Shown: in pieces, positions 1-8,604 of the stretch
Numbering within the stretch: position 1 is the stretch's first letter
How the letters are laid out: every line of letters begins with the position of its first letter
Notes under the pieces: model-generated
The model's input: the letters and a program-made list of their open reading frames with translations, nothing else
Told to the model about the DNA's origin: nothing
Databases searched by the model: none
Translations under genes and position numbers: made by a program
NCBI GenBank assembly: GCA_965219455.1
Contig: OZ244744.1
Coordinates: 3,067,907 to 3,131,906, forward strand
Direction: 5' to 3'
Source: Candidatus Latescibacterota bacterium
GTDB taxonomy: Bacteria > Latescibacterota > UBA2968 > GCA-2709665
Length of the DNA stretch: 64,000 bases

Positions 1-112
1 AGATAGGTGGCAGGAACAGAGAGTCCGTTGGTTGTTCTGAGTAATGAATGAAAATCGGCGAGCCGTCGCGGGGAGTCTTGATATCAAAATGGATCCAGCC
101 GAGCCGCAGCAT

Positions 113-1630
113 ATGAAAAAAATCCTCTTTCCCTTGCTCATCTCGATGTTTTCGATCCTGTCCTTTGCCCTTCCCGGTTACGGTCAATATTTCACTGAAC
201 GCAACGACGAGACCTATCTGATTCTCGCCCTGAAAAAGCAAAAAGCCCGTTTCGACGCCGCCAGGGTCGAATACATCGCGGCCGTGGAACTTAAACAAAG
301 AAATCTGATCGCGCTGAACGAATTTGAACGGATCAAAACAAACTACATAAACGAAGAGATCAGCTACCAGCAGGCGATGCTGCGGGTGATCTTCGATCAG
401 CCCCATATCCTCATCGAAGAAGCGGTCAAATACCAGGCCGAAGACGGCAAAAAGCGCGTGCGGCTCACCCTCAGAAACACCACGGGCGGCGTGGCCGATT
501 ACGAAAAGCTGGTGCAAACCGATGAGAGCGTGTTCGATCCCGCGCTCCAGCCTGACAAGATCAATAACGTGTTTATCTCTCTGCACGAGAGCACGGAAGC
601 CGGCGCCGTCGGTCCCATCATCAGCCAGCCTTACGAAGACAAGATTGAAACCCTGCGCTTCGGAGATTCCGCCCGGGTCGATTTTCTTCTGCTCAAGGAC
701 GTGGAGGAAGTGATCGTGAGCATGACGTATGCGGGCACGACCGACCGGAAACATATCTACCTGCAAAAAGATGCCAGTGCCAACCGGGTGATTGTCTCCT
801 CGCCCAACTTCTCCCAGGAGTCCTATCTGGGCGAAAGCGCCACCTACTCGCTTGAACTGGAACGTTTCTCCAACGAAAACGACGTCTTCCGTCTGGCCGT
901 GGTCAACCTGCCCCGCCAGATCACGTACAACTTCCTGGACCCCACCTCGGTGCAGATCCAGCGACTTTCTCAAGTCAACTTCACCCAGGGCGTCACCAGC
1001 AAACAGCTTGCGCTGACAGCCTACCTTCCGGAACGGTCGGACGCTCAGGTGGAAATCGACAAAACCATCACGTTCTACGCGCTGGTGCTGCCCCAGGAAG
1101 TCTGGCGAGACGTGCAGACTTTAGACAGCAAGTCGTTCACCGAAAAAGAGGTCGACGGTCTCAACGCCGGTAAAGTCAAACTGGAACTCATTCCGCGGGG
1201 CGTCGGCCGCATCGAAGTCCGAGCATTGAATCTGTACCATGAAATCCGAACGGATGAAGACGTCTCCATGGACATCACCGTCCTCAATGATGGCACGAGG
1301 CGGCTGGACAACATTCGCATCCGCACCAATATGCCGCCCAACTGGCAGTCAGACATCCAACCCGACGTCATCTCCGATCTGATGCCCGCCAAAGAATCCA
1401 TCGTCAAACTCCAATTCCTGCCGCCCGAAAACGTCGACGTCGGCGACTACGAAATTCAGATCCAGACGCAGGCGCTGGCGGACAACCGTCCCGTGGAAAC
1501 ACAGGACAAAACCGTGCGCATCCACATCAGCGCCCTGACCAACCTCTGGTTGAGCGCGTCCCTCGTTTTGTGCGTTATCGGCGTGCTCGTTGGCATCGTC
1601 TGGTATTCAGTCAAACTGACGAGACGTTAA
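113..1630 (+). CDS. Secreted, C-terminally membrane-anchored NEW3/CARDB-like domain protein (COG1470-like)
   Basis: ORF 44..1630. ATG at 113 gives signal-like MKKILFPLLISMFSILSFALPGYG. NEW3-like block DITVLNDGTRRLDNIRIRTNMPPNWQ...VGDYEIQIQTQA. Terminal TM helix LWLSASLVLCVIGVLVGIVWY. Followed by an ABC ATPase gene. Confidence 0.55.
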   Translation: MKKILFPLLISMFSILSFALPGYGQYFTERNDETYLILALKKQKARFDAARVEYIAAVELKQRNLIALNEFERIKTNYINEEISYQQAMLRVIFDQPHILIEEAVKYQAEDGKKRVRLTLRNTTGGVADYEKLVQTDESVFDPALQPDKINNVFISLHESTEAGAVGPIISQPYEDKIETLRFGDSARVDFLLLKDVEEVIVSMTYAGTTDRKHIYLQKDASANRVIVSSPNFSQESYLGESATYSLELERFSNENDVFRLAVVNLPRQITYNFLDPTSVQIQRLSQVNFTQGVTSKQLALTAYLPERSDAQVEIDKTITFYALVLPQEVWRDVQTLDSKSFTEKEVDGLNAGKVKLELIPRGVGRIEVRALNLYHEIRTDEDVSMDITVLNDGTRRLDNIRIRTNMPPNWQSDIQPDVISDLMPAKESIVKLQFLPPENVDVGDYEIQIQTQALADNRPVETQDKTVRIHISALTNLWLSASLVLCVIGVLVGIVWYSVKLTRR

Positions 1631-1643
1631 GCCCTGACCCCTG

Positions 1644-1827
1644 GTGTCCCGTCCCAGAAAGTTGTCACCATTCATCCGTCGGTTCATCCCGTCTCGCGGC
1701 GTTGCCTTCCCTCGCCGACCTTGCGTAGGTCGCCTCACTCAGGCGCTGGTTCCTGAGCCTGTCGAAGGATGCCAGCCGGGCGACTCGGCGGCCGAATTTA
1801 GGCAATCTTTTTCCGGGACAGAACACT
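1644..1827 (+). repeat. MITE-like intergenic element (copy M1) with imperfect terminal inverted repeats
   Basis: Left tip GTGTCCCGTCCCAGAAAG..CACCATTC. Right end CGGCCGAATTTAGGCAATCTTTTTCCGGGACAGAACAC, whose reverse complement starts GTGTTCTGTCCCGG. Interior CCTGAGCCTGTCGAAGG module is shared with 10753..10949. Confidence 0.55.
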
Positions 1828-1940
1828 AGCCTTCGCTCCTGCCAGAAGACGGGCAGCAATTCTGTTGATTGGCGGGTTATATTCCTTTCCCCGCCAAGGA
1901 GGGAGGAGGCGGGCGCGGGTTCAATACAAAGGAGGCACCC

Positions 1941-2693
1941 ATGATTGAAGCCATCGATCTGACGAAGCGGTACGAAGACGGGATACTGGCCCTGGACCAC
2001 CTCAACCTGAAGGTCTCACCGGGAGAAATCTTCTGCTTGCTGGGCGCCAACGGCGCCGGAAAATCCACCGCCATCAACCTGATGCTCAACTTTATCGAGC
2101 CAACCGAGGGCACGGCCAAAATCAACGCCATCGATGTCACCCGTGAACCCCTGGAAGCCAAGAAGTACGTGGCCTACCTTTCGGAAAACGTCATGTTGTA
2201 CGGCAACTTCACTGCCCGGCAGAACCTGGACTTTTTTGCGGGGCTGGCCGACAAACAAACGGACCGGGATGGCTATTACCGGATCCTGAGACGGGTGGGC
2301 TTGCCCGAAAGAGCCTTCGAGCAGCGGATCAAGGAATTCTCGAAGGGGATGCGCCAGAAGGTGGGCATCGCCATTGTCATAATTCGGGACGCGCCCGCGG
2401 TCATCATGGACGAGCCCACGGCCGGCCTGGACCCGCAGGCGGGCGCGGGATTCCTGGATCTTCTGGAAGAACTGAAAGGCGAAGGCAAGTCGGTCTTCAT
2501 GTCCACCCACGACATTTTCCGGGCGCGGACGCTGGCGGACCGCGTGGGCATTATGAAGTCCGGGCGTCTGATTTTTGAGCGCACTCGCCAGGAACTGGAA
2601 AACGAAGACCTCGAAAAACTCTACCTGGATTACATGTACGGCACAAATGACGGCGGGCAGGAGCGGACCGGAAGCGCGCCTGCCCCAGACTGA
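1941..2693 (+). CDS. ABC transporter ATP-binding protein (ABC-2/export type)
   Basis: ATG 1941 preceded by AAGGAGG. Walker A GANGAGKST, signature-like FSKGMRQKV, Walker B VIMDEPTAGLD, H-loop STHD. Confidence 0.9.
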   Translation: MIEAIDLTKRYEDGILALDHLNLKVSPGEIFCLLGANGAGKSTAINLMLNFIEPTEGTAKINAIDVTREPLEAKKYVAYLSENVMLYGNFTARQNLDFFAGLADKQTDRDGYYRILRRVGLPERAFEQRIKEFSKGMRQKVGIAIVIIRDAPAVIMDEPTAGLDPQAGAGFLDLLEELKGEGKSVFMSTHDIFRARTLADRVGIMKSGRLIFERTRQELENEDLEKLYLDYMYGTNDGGQERTGSAPAPD

Positions 2694-2776
2694 AGCCGAA
2701 GCCCGGGCGACCCATGGGTCGCCCGGGCGAAAACCTGAAACGTGACACATTTTGTGGCTCATCCCCTGGTTTTCCT

Positions 2777-2815
2777 CCCCCTTTCCTTTAGGAGAGGGGG
2801 CCGGGGGGAGAGGTC
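2777..2815 (+). repeat. Family-A GC-rich palindromic core (solo copy)
   Basis: CCCCCTTTCCTTTAGGAGAGGGGGCCGGGGGGAGAGGTC. The same core recurs at 3974-4012, 5262-5300, 21864-21902, 62141-62179 and inverted at ~48888-48930. Confidence 0.8.
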
Positions 2816-3022
2816 TCGCTTTTCCTGACTCCAGTCAGCTCATCGCTGATCACTGCTTCCCGCCGTGCGAAAAACCCCTTGTTCCGTCTGACGAAATCGA
2901 ATATACTCCCGTTCGCCCTTTCGCCGCCTCATTACCGCTGCGATTCCGCCCCATGTCGCGTGAGGCTCGAGTGCCTCGCCTTCATGCCGCGTGGTGTCGT
3001 GGCGTTCCTGTTTTCTTATCTG

Positions 3023-3811
3023 ATGCAAAACCCACCCATAATTACCGTAGAGAATGCGTGCAAGACCTTTACCGGAGACCGCGGGGAGGTGCAGGCCCTG
3101 GACGGCTTCGATATGGCCGTGCGGGAAGGCCAGTTCGTTTCCATTGTAGGTCCCAGCGGCTGCGGCAAGAGCACCCTGCTGTGGGCGATGGCCGCGCTCT
3201 GGCCGCTTACGGCTGGAAGGATAACCGTTAACGGCCGGGAGGTCCTGGAACCCCGGCGCGAGATCGGCATGGTCTTCCAGACCTCCAACCTGCTGCCGTG
3301 GCGGAACCTGCTGCAGAATATCCGTTTTCCATTTGAAATCATGCGGGAAGATCCCGAACGCTACCGGGACCGCATCGACGAACTGATAGAGATCACGGCA
3401 CTGAAGGGCTTTGAACGTCACTATCCGCGCGAACTCTCGGGCGGCATGCAGCAGCGGGCTTCCATCGTCCGGGCGCTGGCGTACGACCCCGGGGTTCTGC
3501 TGATGGACGAACCCTTCGGCGCTTTGGACGCGTTCACACGGGATGAAATGAATCTGATGCTCCTCAACATCTGGGAACAGTCCCGTAAGACCATCGTCTT
3601 CGTCACCCATCAGATCCCCGAAGCCGTCTACCTCTCAGACCGGATCTACGTGATGACCCCCCGTCCGGGCAGGAACTCAAAGATCTACGACATCGATCTG
3701 CCACGCCCCCGCCCGTTATCCGTTACGGCCGAAACTCATTTTTTCGAGATCGTCGCGGAAATCAAACAGACCATTTTCCATGACGTACAGAACGACACCG
3801 CGTCGGCCTGA
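3023..3811 (+). CDS. ABC transporter ATP-binding protein, NitT/TauT (nitrate/sulfonate/bicarbonate) type
   Basis: ATG 3023 inside ORF 2879..3811. Walker A GPSGCGKST, signature LSGGMQQR, Walker B LLMDEPFGALD, H-loop VTHQ. Confidence 0.85.
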   Translation: MQNPPIITVENACKTFTGDRGEVQALDGFDMAVREGQFVSIVGPSGCGKSTLLWAMAALWPLTAGRITVNGREVLEPRREIGMVFQTSNLLPWRNLLQNIRFPFEIMREDPERYRDRIDELIEITALKGFERHYPRELSGGMQQRASIVRALAYDPGVLLMDEPFGALDAFTRDEMNLMLLNIWEQSRKTIVFVTHQIPEAVYLSDRIYVMTPRPGRNSKIYDIDLPRPRPLSVTAETHFFEIVAEIKQTIFHDVQNDTASA

Positions 3812-3827
3812 CCAAAGCCGGCCACGT

Positions 3828-4130
3828 GCAGCGGAGCGCAAGACCTACCCCCTTTCCCCCTTCCTGAAGGAAGGGGAGAACTGTCATTGGTTCAAGCCAG
3901 ATTGAACGATAAAGAACCACGCGACATATTGTGATCGCGCGACACTACGGTTCTGCTCCCCCTCTCCCCCCGGCCCCCTTTCCTTTAGGAGAGGGGGCCG
4001 GGGGGAGAGGTCACGGCGCTGACGTCAACTGATTGGGTTTTTGATTCAAGCTGACGGCTTATAGCTGATAGCTGTATTTGCTGCTTCTGGACGGCCGAAT
4101 TTCGGCAATCTATTTCCGGGACAGAACACT
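3828..4130 (+). repeat. Composite family-A intergenic repeat (about 300 bp)
   Basis: Near-colinear with 21738..22018. Modules in order: GCAGCGGAGCGCAAGACCTACCCCC, hairpin CCCTTCCTGAAGGAAGGG, long palindrome 3955-4012, CAACTGATTGGGTTTTTG, AGCTGA-rich tract, and terminal CGGCCGAATTTCGGCAATCTATTTCCGGGACAGAACAC. Confidence 0.8.
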
Positions 4131-4148
4131 TCGCCTCGGGTTCGCTCC

Positions 4149-4949
4149 ATGCCTTCTAAGGACGAAAAGCAACCCCTCAACTGGTCAGCCCTGACCTCCG
4201 TGAGTTTCGCCGGCGTTCAGATCGCCGCGATCGCCGGTGTGGCGCTGGTCGTCGTGGCGGCTTCCGAACTCCTGGTCCGCGCCTGGGACGTCCCGTCCTA
4301 TGTGTTCCCGCTACCGAGTGAGATCGCATCCGCGCTCTACCGGACCTTCCCGTTGATCTGGCCGCATCTCGTGGTCACGCTTCAGGAACTCGGTCTGGGA
4401 TACGCTATCGGGGCTGTCGTCGGCATTCTTCTGGCCGCTCTCATCACCCAGTTTCCCTTTGTGGAAAAAATCGTTACGCCGTATATCCTCATTCTGGTCA
4501 CCACGCCCATGCTCGCCCTGGTGCCCCTGCTGATCCTCAAGTTCGGGTTCGGCCAGACGCCACGGGTTATCGCCGTCGCTCTCGCGGTCGGCCCGATGGT
4601 GATGATCAACGCCGCCACGGGCTTCCGCAGAACCGACCTGGCAAAAATCGCCCTCGCACGCTCGTACGGCGCCACGACATTTCAGATTTTCCACAAGGTC
4701 CGCTTTCCGCTCGCTCTGCCGATGATCATCGTCGGACTCATGGTGGGAGGCATCTTCGGCCTGCTGACCGCGATTGGCGCGGAGATGGTGGGGGGCGGTT
4801 CCGGCCTGGGCAATCGCCTGGTGTACTATTCCTCCCTCGCACGCATGTCCAGCTTTTTCGCCGTAATTATCCTGATTGCCGCGATCGGCATCGGGCTTTA
4901 CGTCGCTTTTTACCTGATCGGAAAGAAATGGGCGAATTGGGAGAATTAG
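4149..4949 (+). CDS. ABC transporter permease, NitT/TauT type
   Basis: 266 aa, multi-pass hydrophobic. Binding-protein-dependent transport inner-membrane signature region ARSYGATTFQIFHKVRFPLALPMII. Lies between the ATPase and the binding protein. Confidence 0.8.
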   Translation: MPSKDEKQPLNWSALTSVSFAGVQIAAIAGVALVVVAASELLVRAWDVPSYVFPLPSEIASALYRTFPLIWPHLVVTLQELGLGYAIGAVVGILLAALITQFPFVEKIVTPYILILVTTPMLALVPLLILKFGFGQTPRVIAVALAVGPMVMINAATGFRRTDLAKIALARSYGATTFQIFHKVRFPLALPMIIVGLMVGGIFGLLTAIGAEMVGGGSGLGNRLVYYSSLARMSSFFAVIILIAAIGIGLYVAFYLIGKKWANWEN

Positions 4950-5180
4950 TGTTCCGTCCGGGAAATATCTAACCATTCTTCCAACCCCAAACGTCCCCTA
5001 TTCCCTTGCCGTTTTTCGAATGGCCGGGAGACGCAAGACGGGAGAGATTGCCTGCCCCGTGAGGTTTCAGTTCAGACCGGAGGCATAGAGGAAGGGCAGA
5101 TCGGGCAAGGATTTCTTCTACCGTCTACCGTTTCACGTCTTCCCGCTTTTTCACGAAGGGCGCCGCTCGGCGCGGGGCCG

Positions 5181-5300
5181 GACCTACCCCTAACCCCCTT
5201 CCTGAAGGAAGGGGGAACGATGATTGGTCAATATATCGGCGAGGCGACTCTTAGTTTACCTCCCCCTTTCCTTTAGGAGAGGGGGCCGGGGGGAGAGGTC
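5181..5300 (+). repeat. Family-A repeat (short composite copy)
   Basis: GACCTACCCC..CCCTTCCTGAAGGAAGGGGG hairpin followed by CCCCCTTTCCTTTAGGAGAGGGGGCCGGGGGGAGAGGTC. Confidence 0.75.
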
Positions 5301-5342
5301 CCGCTTTCGCCAATCGCCAGGAATCAACAAGGAGGTCTTCAG

Positions 5343-6455
5343 ATGAACAAAGACACCCTCACACGCCGCCAGTTTCTGGGTTATTCATCCGCCATGGGCG
5401 TCCTGTTTTGTCTTCCGGCAAACCCACTCAGCGCTGGCGAGGCCGACAAAATCGTCTGGGTTTCGCCCCGTGGGAACCTGGAAGTGATGGACGACTTCAA
5501 CCTGTGGGTCGCCCACGAAAGGGGCTACTTCAAGGAGATGAACCTGGACGTCGTGTTGCAACCCGGTCCCACGGAAGCCATGGCGGTTACCAAACTCGTG
5601 GGCCAGAAACAGGCCGACATCGGTTTTCCGTCTCCCGGCGTTCTGCTGTCCAGTGTCGACGCGGGTATCCCGGTTGTGCTCGTCTGGGAAATGGTGATGA
5701 AGCAGGTCTTCGACTTCGCCCTGCCCGAAGACAGTCCTATTGCGAAGGTCCAGGACCTGGAAGGCAAAACCATTGCTGTCGCCTCCGAAGGATGGCGTGT
5801 GATCATTGACCCCATCCTGGTGGAAGCCGGTGTCGATCCCAAGGCCGTGACCTACCTCAACGGCGGCCCGCAGTGGGGGCAGATGGTCGCTCTCGGCCGC
5901 GCGGACGCGGGACTTGCATGGCGAGGGCTGGCCGCCCAGTGGAAGGCCCTTGGAATGAAGCTCAAGTTCCTTGTCGGGATGGAGTTCTCCAATCATCCAT
6001 CCAACGGATATGCCATCCACCGCGACGACCTGAAGGACGAAATCCGCGTCGACGTCTGGACGCGCTTCTTCAAGGCCAATTGCCTGGCCTACGAGTTTAC
6101 ACGAGCCAATCCGCGCGCAGCAGGTCAGATCACCTACGGCCGCTTTCCGGACTTGCGCGAACAGATGGCGCCCCAGCTTGCGATGGATTCCATGCTCGAG
6201 TTGGGCACCATGTACTTTGACGGCGGCCGCGTCGGCAAAGGATACGGATACAGCGACCTGGAATCCTGGCAGGCCTACATCGACACCGTGCACAAACTTG
6301 GGCAGATCGAGAACCACTACAAGGCCGAGGACGTCGTCAGCAACGCCTTCGTCAAGGAGGCCAACAACATCGACAAGGCGCGCGCCCGTGCGGAAGGCAA
6401 GGCCTTCAAGCTCAACGATCAGTTTAAGGATCTGAAAGTCAACTATCCGGTGTGA
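5343..6455 (+). CDS. ABC transporter substrate-binding protein, NMT1/THI5-like (SsuA/TauA-type), Tat-exported
   Basis: RBS AAGGAGG before the ATG. Twin-arginine signal LTRRQFLGYSSAMGVLF. Size and operon position fit the NitT/TauT binding component. Confidence 0.7.
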   Translation: MNKDTLTRRQFLGYSSAMGVLFCLPANPLSAGEADKIVWVSPRGNLEVMDDFNLWVAHERGYFKEMNLDVVLQPGPTEAMAVTKLVGQKQADIGFPSPGVLLSSVDAGIPVVLVWEMVMKQVFDFALPEDSPIAKVQDLEGKTIAVASEGWRVIIDPILVEAGVDPKAVTYLNGGPQWGQMVALGRADAGLAWRGLAAQWKALGMKLKFLVGMEFSNHPSNGYAIHRDDLKDEIRVDVWTRFFKANCLAYEFTRANPRAAGQITYGRFPDLREQMAPQLAMDSMLELGTMYFDGGRVGKGYGYSDLESWQAYIDTVHKLGQIENHYKAEDVVSNAFVKEANNIDKARARAEGKAFKLNDQFKDLKVNYPV

Positions 6456-6477
6456 GTGTGAAAAGCCGTGAAGGGGA

Positions 6478-6695
6478 AGAATCTTCCCCACCCCCATGAC
6501 GTCCCCTATTCCCTTGCCCTTTTTCTTGCATCGCCCAAGAAAAAGGGCGAAAAAGAAGGACGCCGCTCGGCGCGGGGCCGGTTTTTCCGTGAACCACATC
6601 AGGGGAACAAATGGGATTCAGGTGCCCTGAGAGCCCCTCAGGTGTACCAATACACCGGTGCTGGACGGAATAGCACGGAGAATCCGCCTCCGCCC
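6478..6695 (+). repeat. Family-B intergenic repeat (about 210 bp)
   Basis: Shares GTCCCCTATTCCCTTGCCCTTTTTCTTGC(A/T)TCGCCCAAGAAAAAGGGCGAAAAAGAAGG(A/G)CGCCGCTCGGCGCGGGGCCGGTTTTTCC with 12150..12365 and 61765..61985. Contains a 12-bp-stem hairpin CCCTTTTTCTTG/CAAGAAAAAGGG. Confidence 0.8.
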
Positions 6696-7293
6696 GCGCA
6701 GCGGGTGACCTGTTGTTCCGGTGATTCTACGGGACAACAGGGGACGTCTGTTTCTGGCGTTCGAGGCTGATGGTGAGCGGCGCGTTTCTTGCCGCGAACA
6801 AACCCCCCACTTCGCCACCGGACGGCAGCAAGTTTGACCGGAATGGACCGCCGCGTGGATTTGCGGTTTTCCCGCTGTTTGTTGTTAGCTGACTGCTGAC
6901 GGCCAATTGCTGCTCGCTACTCAGGTAGCAATATGGTTGTCTCACGCGATTCCTATACGGAGCAATACCAGAGCAGAGCGCGCGGTTCCGTTCAGCACCC
7001 AGGATCGTTGATTTTCTGTGGCCGGCAGGGCTGATGATCATGTGCATCCCGTGTGGCAATTCGCGCAATGCATATGGCAGGCCCCGCGCCCAGCGGCGAC
7101 TTTTGGTTCCTTTTGGTCGCTTCAAAAGGAACCCGCCGGAGGCAGGGAATTTGGGGAGATGTGGATGTTGAACTTGGGTTTCGCCTTTGGCTGACGGCTT
7201 ACTGCTGATAGCTTATAGCTCCTCGCTCACGGGATACCAATCCTAATACGCTCGGAATGCCTTGCGAGAGGACTTTCATAGGAGACACTGACG

Positions 7294-8475
7294 ATGGCCG
7301 ATGAAGGCAGCGCGAAATATCCCGGTATCAGGATCACCGCCGTGGACACCTTCCTGGTGGAAGGCAACTGCTGTTTCGTGAAGATCAGTACCAACGAGGG
7401 GATCACGGGACTGGGCGAGGGCTCGATCAGCGACAACAAGGTGGGCACGATCGCCCAGTGCATCAAAGACCTGGAGGGCCACCTCATCGGCAAGAATCCC
7501 ACGGACATCGAGTATCTTTGGCAGGGGCTCTACCGCTGGAACCGCTGGCACGTGGGCGTGCTTTTCAGCACCGCCCTCAGCGCCATCGATATCGCCCTGT
7601 GGGATATCCTCGGAAAGATCGCGGGCCTGCCGATCTACAAGCTCCTCGGAGGCGCCGCGCGGGACAAGGTCCGCATCTACGCCGGCGGCAGCGGGAAGTC
7701 GGGCGTGCAGCGCGCCCGGAGCATGGGATGCAATGCCGTCAAGACGGGGCCGCCGGTGACCAGGGTCGACGACCCTCTCACCGTGCCGATGCCCTGGGAC
7801 CTGAAACGGGCAGCCCGGCAGATCGAGGAGATGCGGGTCGAAGGGGGAGATGACTTCGACATCCTCATCGACGCCCACGGCCGGCTGACGCCGACTATGG
7901 CGCTGGAGTATTGCAAGGCCGTGGAGCCCTACCGCCCCTTCTGGGTGGAGGAACCGATCCAGGTGGAAGGATCGAACGACGCCCTCGAGTGGCTGAGCGA
8001 CCGCACGACGGTGCCCCTGTGCATGGGCGAGCGGAACTTCACCAAGTGGGGCTTCCAGGACATCATCGCCAAGCGCCTGGTGAGCTACCTCAATCCGGAT
8101 ATCGTCCACTGCGGCGGCATCTCGGAGTTCAAGAAGATCGCGGCCATGGCGGAGGCGCAGTACATCCAGGTTTCTCCCCACATCACCTACAGCAGGGTTG
8201 GAGTCACCGCCGAGATCCACATGGGCCTGAACTGCCCCAACAGCGTCATCCAGGAGATGGCCTCCTACGCGGACGACCCCACCAGGGAGACGACCGACTG
8301 GAGGGACGACCTGTTCTACGGGCACCGGTACCGGATCGAGGACGGTTTCGTGACGTTGCCCGACACCCCCGGTCTCGGACTCGAGCTGAACGAGGAGGTA
8401 GCCCGGGCGCATCCCTACGAACCGCAACTCCGCGAGGAACTCAGGTACGAGGACGGGTCGGTGGAGGACAACTGA
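7294..8475 (+). CDS. Enolase-superfamily enzyme, mandelate racemase/muconate lactonizing family (galactonate dehydratase-like)
   Basis: N-terminal capping domain RITAVDTFLVEGNCCFVKISTNEGITGLGEG. Metal-ligand regions DILIDAHGRL, PFWVEEPIQ, PLCMGERNF. Confidence 0.85.
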   Translation: MADEGSAKYPGIRITAVDTFLVEGNCCFVKISTNEGITGLGEGSISDNKVGTIAQCIKDLEGHLIGKNPTDIEYLWQGLYRWNRWHVGVLFSTALSAIDIALWDILGKIAGLPIYKLLGGAARDKVRIYAGGSGKSGVQRARSMGCNAVKTGPPVTRVDDPLTVPMPWDLKRAARQIEEMRVEGGDDFDILIDAHGRLTPTMALEYCKAVEPYRPFWVEEPIQVEGSNDALEWLSDRTTVPLCMGERNFTKWGFQDIIAKRLVSYLNPDIVHCGGISEFKKIAAMAEAQYIQVSPHITYSRVGVTAEIHMGLNCPNSVIQEMASYADDPTRETTDWRDDLFYGHRYRIEDGFVTLPDTPGLGLELNEEVARAHPYEPQLREELRYEDGSVEDN

Positions 8476-8604
8476 AGAGCGAGAAGTCGAAGCACTCTCT
8501 GACCGGCTGAAGGGGTAGCAGTCCGTTGAAAAAGTCGCTCTGCAGCCCGGATGGACTTTATCAACGGACTGTTAGTTCATTTATTGACCCACGCTTGTAG
8601 CCAA

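Noticed and set aside
4095-4130. Sigma-54 promoter in the repeat terminus (TGGCAA/CGGCAA-N5-TTCC).
   Set aside because: The -12 element lacks the conserved GC (TTGC). Spacing to downstream genes varies from 50 to 140 nt. The same sequence occurs where no gene follows on that strand, so it is better explained as a repeat terminus.
2777-5300. Possibility that the recurring GC-rich palindromes form a CRISPR array.
   Set aside because: Copies are tens of kb apart or irregularly spaced. They lie in different orientations and are embedded in longer composite repeats. There is no regular repeat-spacer periodicity and no cas genes are present.
4950-5342. TPP or other riboswitch upstream of the NMT1/THI5-like binding-protein gene.
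   Set aside because: The leader is fully accounted for by family-A/B repeat modules. I could not find the conserved CUGAGA / ACCUGA TPP-riboswitch elements.
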